From the NCBI GenBank assembly GCA_964187785.1, contig OZ076421.1, positions 49,414,001 through 49,478,000 of the forward strand: a stretch of DNA of 64,000 bases, in the 5' to 3' direction. Shown piece after piece: positions 56,880 through 64,000 of the stretch. This DNA comes from Amphiscolops sp. MND2022 (lineage: Eukaryota). Made by a program: the position numbers and the translations under genes. The notes under the pieces are model-generated. The model was given only the letters and a program-made list of their open reading frames with translations, was not told where the DNA came from and did no database searches. Positions within the stretch are counted from its first letter, which is position 1; every line of letters begins with the position of its first letter.

Positions 56880-57371
56880 CAGTGGGATGGGTGCCGCATG
56901 GCGCACTACAAAAGAGACGACAAGCGACGCACGTTCGTCTATGCGTGCTTCACCCGTGGGTACTTGGTGGTTGATGTTATAGCACTTCAGCTCGTGAGGA
57001 CCCAGACATATGCCAGGTGGGAATACATCCATCACCACACAGGCTTCGAACTTTACATCCACACCATCCATGGTGGCGCAGATTGGTACTGGAGAATATG
57101 TCGTCAGGGTATCAGAATCTCCAGGGGCATACCATTCTTTGGGACGGGGCAATTCAACTCGTCGATACAGAAGGGACAATTCAACCCAGAGCTTGGCCAG
57201 GGTTAACGTTGGTCTGCGCATTTGCTCGGCTGCCAACATCAAGTGGATCGAAATCAACGTCCGCCCTTGTGGATCGAACGTGGTAGGCTCTAGGCAGGTT
57301 TGGACTTGCTTGGCACCGCAAGTAATTGTTAGCGGGGTATAGAATGCTGGTGGTTTCGCCGGATGTAGCAT
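56880..57371 (-). pseudogene. Asp-less protease-like domain upstream of the protease
   Basis: YAPGDSDTLTTYSPVPICATMDGVDVKFEACVV...ICLGPHEL aligns by eye to the neighbouring protease YAANGKTIETYGLVEHVRFQLGGYELETNFVVV...FLLGRNFL; no DTG. Confidence 0.6.
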
Positions 57372-57437
57372 TAATACGCGATCATCCTCTAAGGGTACGG
57401 TGTGCGCAGCAACGCCTGCCGACTCGACCTCTGCCGA

Positions 57438-59944
57438 TCAGTTGTATGCAAATTCATCATTAGGTTTCGGTGAGTGGGAGTGCCCACCACATTGCACCTC
57501 TGCATGATCAAAAATGCCACAGTTGGTGCATTGATGAATTCCAGGATAGCCCTCCAGCACATCATCAGTCACGTCCTCGGTGGTGACTTTCACGCCTTCA
57601 GGTTCGGGAAAGGGCACTGGTTTGCGAGCTTGGTCGCGATTGGGGCAGTCTCTCGCGAAGTGCCCAGTTTGGCCACAATTAAAGCAGGCACCTAGGGGTA
57701 GACTCGCTGCAGGCTGTGCTGCTGCTTGATTTGGCGGGGCATTGCTCGCTGGTGGGGCGGCATCACTCCTTGCGGTAGCACCATCTTGTTGGGAGGTAGT
57801 GGTGCAAAAGGATGAGGCCTCGATCTCATGGCATAGCGAGGGTCATAGGGCGCTGACCTCGGTCGAGTGCGCTGCAGTTGACGCGTTGTAAATCGCAATG
57901 ATTCAACAGTGGGAGGCTCTGCGACTGTGGACTCGGACGCATAAATAATGGAGAGCTCCCTCCGTAGAGCAGGATCACGAACACCTTCAATAAAGCGCTG
58001 CAGGATTTCGTAACGTTTAGTCGTGACGGGCTCATCAGGGAAACCTTGGCTTCGCAACCCTTCCAATGCAACCAAATACTGCATCCAGTCTTCCCTGTCG
58101 GATTGCTGCCGCGTAGCAAAGGCTTGACGCACTTGCATGCGATTTCCGCCCGTGCCGAAGCGACTAGCCAACAAGTCAAAGACTTTTTCCGGTGTGTCCC
58201 TTTCTGACTCGGCCTTGTTGATGATGTAATTCCTGGCCTCACCTTCCAGGTGCCCAATGATGCTCCATGCTTTGTCGTTAGGGGTGGCTTTGGCCTGAGT
58301 GCGTTGGAGGTATCGACGCATTACCAGGATCCAACCATCGATAGAACCCTCCTTTGAACCTCGATAGACGCTGGGCCTAGCCTGGGTCTGATCGCGCCCG
58401 GTCAACAGTGGGGCCAACTCTTTGGACATGGCCTTAGAAATTGCCGCGGTGAACCGTAATTGCTCTTGGAAAACCACTTCCCCTTCCTCATTAGGGGTGG
58501 GAGAGTTATCTCGGCTGCCCCTAGTGGCTTGCATAGACAATTCACCGTTGACATCGTCTTTTTTACGAGTGCTACTGGCACAAGGGTCACCAGTGGGGAC
58601 TCCCTCACTCGCAGTGAGGAACATTGGGGTGATGCCTGCGATACCGCTTCTGGCAGTGGTGCAGACTTCATCTTCGGCACTGCTGTCGTGCGAGCCAGCC
58701 ATTGCCTTGGTGTCAGTAAGATCAGCAGTTGATGAGGTGGTCGTCATGGGATCCACTGCTCGATTTTGGGTGCTATTAAACGTTTGTGCTGGTGGTAGCT
58801 GCACGCTACTGACTGGATTGGTGCCCGTCGGTGGTGGTTTGGATACCTTGGGTTCAGATTTGGGGCTCGTTTTTAGCATGATCGCCGGATTGGGAGTGCG
58901 CATAGGCACAGTCTTGCTGGTGGATGCAATGGGTTCGGCGGCCTTGGGTTGCTTATCGGCGGGTGCCGCCATGTGAGACGCAGCACTCAGGGTATGCATC
59001 TGGTTGTTAAGCTCCGCCATCTGGACTTCCATGCGCAGTCGATATCCTAAAGCGTCAACCTTGGCTGCTTGGACTGTTGTCTGATGGGTTGCAGCCCTCA
59101 GGCTATCCTTCACTGAGCTCTGCATGGCCTCTAGTTCCGCGGTGATAGACTGGTGTTGTTCATTGCACTCAGCGCGGGTGTCGGCTAAACGTGCCAAGGC
59201 CCGCTGGGCTTCGGCTTCCGCCTTGAGCATCGCGGTCCTTGCTGCTGCCGCCTCCTCAACGGCTCTGTATGCCGATGAGCGTCGTGAAGATGTGCTCGAT
59301 GTGGTGCCATCGCGATAAGTAGAGGCACTGTAACGGGCCAATTCCTCTTGCACGCGCAACGCGGGGGGGCGTGTCTTCTTCTGCTTACCGGCGCTCTTTG
59401 CTCGGCTTGCTTCGAGGCGGTATCTGGCATAGTTCATGCCGCCCACATAGGTCATGTTCTCTAAAACCACCGCAGTGTCGTTTTTGGCTGGACTATCATC
59501 GTCTTGGGGTGATCTCGAGCATCCGCCACGCGTAGGGGTCACCTGCGCTGCCGTTTGATTTGAGTTGGGCCAGAACGCTGCGGTTTGAGGCGATACTAGT
59601 TCACCTCGATTGTCTTGAATCCATTGTCCAGTGCGAATAAGTTCATTGGATACGGGTGAATCTCTACGATTTGGAGTCATGGCAATCTGCTCCTCTCGTT
59701 GTTGTTGATCGGCGGTTACGCAATCACTCATTGCTTCTGAAAAGGAAGAACCGGTTATCAAGGAATCCACAGAGGACCATGCCGTTAGGCTCAGTTCGCT
59801 AGTGGTGCTAGAGTCCTCTCGTTGGATTGAGCTCGTTTCTTGTACCTCCTCCTCGCTTACTGCATTGCTGGTATTGGACTCGCTAGTCCTCGGCGTTCCG
59901 CGCGTAAGCAGCTTAACAATGGCCGCTACACCGGTCCAGAACAT
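57438..59944 (-). pseudogene. gag: Element B gag
   Basis: 750-aa ORF with capsid-like YRGSKEGSIDGW...LEGEA; after a frameshift two knuckles CFNCGQTGHFARDC and CTNCGIFDHAEVQC; TGA at 57438-57440. Confidence 0.92.
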
Positions 59945-61284
59945 GATGTGTTAATCAGACAGCTGCGCAGTGATTCGAATCGACGCACCGATGATATCCG
60001 ACCAATCTAACGGCAAGGTCTGCAGTTACACATATTTGTGTTCGCTGTCCTCCCGCAGGTTTAATTCTCGCAACAGGGATTGCAGGTACGCGGGCAATGT
60101 TTAGGGCTCCCGCAATATGTCCCCAAGGGTTCCCAGGGAAAGTCCGACCTTCAGTCGTTTCGGTGGGGACTTAAGATATTTTCGACCTTAGCACGTCTCG
60201 GGAGGGTCGAAAACACTTCTAACGGTAGTATCGAGCTCAAAGTTACACACGCGGCAGGTATCTACCCACAATCTCCAAAAGTGATCCTGGATTCACGCTA
60301 GGGGCGAGTGGAGACCAGTGCAGAGCGTTCACAACACACTCACTGTTTTCTCAGGGTGTGTAGAAAAAAAACACAAGTTACTCGTGCCCGTCGCTCAACA
60401 GTCGGATCTGGCTCAAAGTTGACCAGAGGATCCTACACACAAGTAGGTACACGGAATTGGGCACCTATTTGGGCTCCGAGGCCTGTACACTGTTTCGCCT
60501 TGGTATAGACGTGCGGTACTCCTATGTATCAGTAGGAGTCAAAATGCACCCTTATTACGCAATTTCCAAACACCGGTATGAGTTAGCGGCTTGGTTTTTC
60601 GGCTAACAATGCACCAACTAGCACAAATTACGTCAGTGGGCTGCAATTTGTCCTCACTTCCCGGGTAAAGTGTTCAGGCACTTCCAAAAAATTTCGAAAA
60701 ATTTGTCTTTTTGCACCTCTTTCTGTGCAGTACGTTTTTGCAAATTTTTCAACAGATTTTGCAACAATCAGCTTGAAACTTGGCAGGCGCTGCCAGTGGG
60801 CACCCACAATGCTGGTATCACAGCTCAATGGAAGCCCTTGGGCTTAGCGGGAATTTCGACTAGTAGTGGACACAATGTCAGAAAAAACGGTCTTTTTTGA
60901 CGCTTTTTTTCACAAATCGGCTAAGAGGGTCGACACTACAAATGGTACGGCAGGGTCAGTGGGGTTAACGCGTTGCCCCACTGGTCACAGTACTGCCACA
61001 AGCCCTCAATTAGCCGTGCCCGTTGGGTATAGGGCACTGTCGGTCCTACAGTTTTAGAAAATTTCGGCTATTTTAGCTCGTTCTGATGTCGAAACGTCAG
61101 AGCGCTTTTCTCGACTTTGGTGAACGTTATGGCCACCAAATTTTCGGCACTAGCGTTCATTTTGGCGGTGGTTACAAAAATGCAACCAGTTTTTAGCTAG
61201 GGTTCGGGAATTTATGACCCGACCCTAAAAATTGGACAGTCCGGTTTTGCGGAACTTTGATCAAATTCAGTGCGTTTTTCCACA

Positions 61285-61555
61285 TTTCTCAGCACTGAAT
61301 GGGAGTTTTTACCTGCGGTTTTCACCACTACACGTTATTTTTAGTAGAAAAACAGAAAGTGAGAGCGCATAGGCTCCTAGCTAACAAAAAGACAGAGTGC
61401 CCAGGGTGTTTTGATTGTTGGCTCGAGCACTCCTGGAACTAACTAAAAATCAAGGTTTTTCAACTTTTCTCAGCACTGAATGGGAATTTTTACATGCGGT
61501 TTTCACCACAATGCATTAATTTTATTACACAAACAGAAAACGAGAGCGCTTGGGC
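61285..61555. repeat. Two ~90-bp imperfect direct repeats in the element B leader
   Basis: TTTCTCAGCACTGAATGGGA...TGCGGTTTTCACCAC...CAGAAA..GAGAGCGC at 61285 and 61466. Confidence 0.8.
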
Positions 61556-62737
61556 TCCCAAAAAGGACTAAAGATAAAGTTTGATCGATTTTTGATTTAC
61601 GTTAAGCTTGATCGACGTTTATCTAGGCCACAGACGGCCAAAATTGCAAGATTTGTGCCTTCTTGCTGCTTCTACACCGGCCAAAGAGTTACTGAAAGTT
61701 ATTTCCGGTACCCTAGGGTTGTGACTCGCTCGAGAAACTACTTTACAGCGGTGCCCCAGGCTTCTACACCTAGTCACTGTGGTGTTTTGAGGGTGTTTTT
61801 TTACCCTTTTTCTCTTTTTCCGCACTTTTTCACTGGAAATTCCAACTTTTTCACCTAGAAGGGGCAACGGGAACACTTGCCCGTTATTCTTTCCTGCTCC
61901 CTCAGGCTTCGAGGCAACTTTCGCCACCATCCTGGCAGGGTTACGTTGAACTTACGGAGCACTCGTGCTCCAACCAAGGAAAACACTCAAAAATACGAAA
62001 TTTCGCTGTTTTTTTGGAAAATCTCTGTTTTCTTCGCTCAAAAGCGTTCCATAGGGTGTCGTTACATTGTATAAAAATGTCACGGACCTGTATCAATGAT
62101 TCCCCATGAAAAAAGACGCAATTTCAAAATTTTCAGGAACCATGACCCATTCGAGCGACACGTCTGGTCCCAGGGGGTGCACCTTCGTCACGCAATTTCT
62201 CCACACCCAGACCAGCTAGAGACTTGCGGTTGGGACCGTTAGTTTTGTCACGAGTTGTACTAGCTGTTCACTAAATTTCACCTCTCACGGACGTCTCCAC
62301 GAGAAATGGGTAGGGACGAACCATAGCACACAATTTCACCTCCGCGTCGCTCGGGTGGAGTATGGATTTTCCATCGTCGGTACCTGTCTTGCATGGCTCA
62401 AAAAGCTGAAAAAGGCTGAAAAAACCGGTTAGACACCCGTATTCACGTGCTACGATGCTCACATCCTGCAAAACACGTACCCGCTGATGGGTTAAGAACA
62501 TGACATCACACAACATGCATTTACGGATTTTTCAACCTCAAAAATGCCATTTTCACACCTGAAAACGCATTTTTTTCCGGGTTTTCTGGGCTTTCTTCGT
62601 TCCAGCTGCTAGGAATACGCGTAATCGTTAAAATAAAGGAAAACTCTGTTTTCTCCCACAGAGTCGAAACTGTCTTGGCGCTAAACACCAGAGGGTCAGA
62701 AATTTAATAACCATGCAGGAAAGCTTCCCAAAGACTA

Positions 62738-62754
62738 TCCCTCTGTGGTCGCCA
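62738..62754 (-). promoter_or_regulatory. Primer-binding site (tRNA-Arg(TCG)-like)
   Basis: TGGCGACCACAGAGGGA versus expected TGGCGACCACGAAGGGA (from memory of eukaryotic tRNA-Arg-TCG). Confidence 0.7.
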
Positions 62755-62770
62755 AAAAATGATGTTCCTA

Positions 62771-63502
62771 TTTAATGAAAAGCGCTTAGCGTTAATTCAC
62801 TACACAGGGTGGAGCAACTGATGCCATGGATTAAGATTCGGGACCAATCACCATAACGCCAATCCATTTTGTCCTCCTAAGGAAGCCGGTCCCGAGGAGG
62901 GGGAACCGTCTCTAGGGATGCTCTCTGACCTGTTCCAGTCTGTTACTGCTGAGAATAACGGGCATTATGCTTTTTCCTCTCATAACCACCGTCTAGACAG
63001 CCTCTAAAAATGGGGCTAGTTGCATAGAACTCAATCGAATTGTCCAGAATCGTAAATAACATCAAAAGCTCTCGAATGACAAATTAATCAAACAAATCAA
63101 TAAAACAGCCTCATAAAAGAGTCAAATCCAGTTTTTGGCAAGCGGTTGAATCTAGGTGGCATAGCACCGGCGGTTCGTGGGCTGATCACAACCCTGGGTC
63201 CGGGAATGGCAACTATTTCAGCATGGGGATGGTCCGGCACGATACAAACTCCATTTTCATCTTGTCACCGTGGGTTTTCTCGAAAATTAGCGCATAGGCT
63301 AGGCACTCGGGCCACTTCGTAGGTTCATTTTGCGTACCTTCGGCTCTCTCCGCTTCGCGGGGTCTGCTCTTTCAGCCTTCTATGCTTTTTCTGGCAGTTA
63401 CTTCGAGAAAACCATGTTTGAGTGCCACGTCATCCTTGAACGAATTTTTCAGCAAACTTCGAAATTTTCAAAAATCGTCGTTGATCACAGGATGCCGTTA
63501 CA
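62771..63502 (-). mobile_element. Element B 5' LTR (732 bp)
   Basis: Colinear with 43022-43753; starts TGTAAC, ends ATTAAA instead of ATTACA. Confidence 0.92.
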
Positions 63503-64000
63503 CACCAATGTAACAAAACTCGACAGTTTTGATCCTTATGTGTGTTAATGTTAATTTCGCCTATTATTATTATTGCATCATCTAAGTTCTTATCCTTCTG
63601 GATTCTGGTTTGATTCTGACACTATAAAAAGCTTTAGAATATGGTATGCGGGACCTTCACAAAGTATGAATGACATGAATGTGTTAAAACGTACAGTAGC
63701 GTTCTAAAATATCGCAACCTCAATGCTTAAAATGGCAAAATTGAAAACCAAATAAGTCGTAAACTGTCTCGAATAGAAAATTTTGCGAGCTACAAAAGTT
63801 TCTGAGAATTTTATCTAGTTTACAAAAATATTTGTTCCAAATTTCTGCGACAAAGTTTATAGGAAGTTTTTAAGTGTAAAAATTTTGACAAAAATTTCAT
63901 GAACTTTGCACTTTTGCTGGATTTTCACAACGTTGAAAAAAAAACATTTTTGAAAAATTTTCAGTCAATCATTTGACCCACAATCACCTGAGGACGCTTT

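Larger units (their letters stand above)
43022..63502 (-). mobile_element. Element B: ~20.5 kb decayed Ty3/Gypsy LTR retrotransposon with extended pol and ORF3
   Basis: Matching LTRs, PBS, ~2.8 kb leader, gag, PR, RT, RNaseH, IN, ORF3, PPT. No TSD found. Confidence 0.9.

Noticed and set aside
63503-63508. Target-site duplication for element B
   Set aside because: Flanks TGCAC (43017-43021) and CACCA (63503-63507) share only CAC; no 4-6 bp TSD.

Overview
AT-rich invertebrate-animal genomic DNA with spliceosomal introns; no prokaryotic features, rRNA, intact tRNA or CRISPR seen. Host genes: (1) a Fer2/48-related-2 type bHLH gene on + (exons 7920-8123, 9790-9901, 10113-10150; probable first exon 423-635) whose long intron holds a 3 x 1.2 kb array and a 30-bp minisatellite; (2) on -, a large gene that I reconstruct as five 71-aa repeats - unknown middle region - ZU5 - F|S autoproteolysis motif - UPA (big exon 38292-42282), spliced across a 20.3 kb intron to two CARD exons (17845-17974, 17449-17662), i.e. 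a FIIND-CARD (CARD8/NLRP1-like) architecture. The rest is mostly two giant, decayed Ty3/Gypsy LTR retrotransposons on -. Element A (about 19759-38068, inside that intron) carries between integrase and the PPT an antisense, multi-intron gene that looks like a catalytically degenerate hAT transposase. Element B (43022-63502) has a pseudo-protease/protease tandem, an integrase extended by an AT-hook, a Cys cluster and two TARG1-like macrodomains, and a third ORF with an SGNH-like domain. Also present: a non-autonomous hAT element (13044-14535) and at least five kb-scale tandem duplications, most with 3-5 bp junction microhomology. All homology calls are by-eye motif comparisons from memory, not database searches; identities are rough hand estimates.
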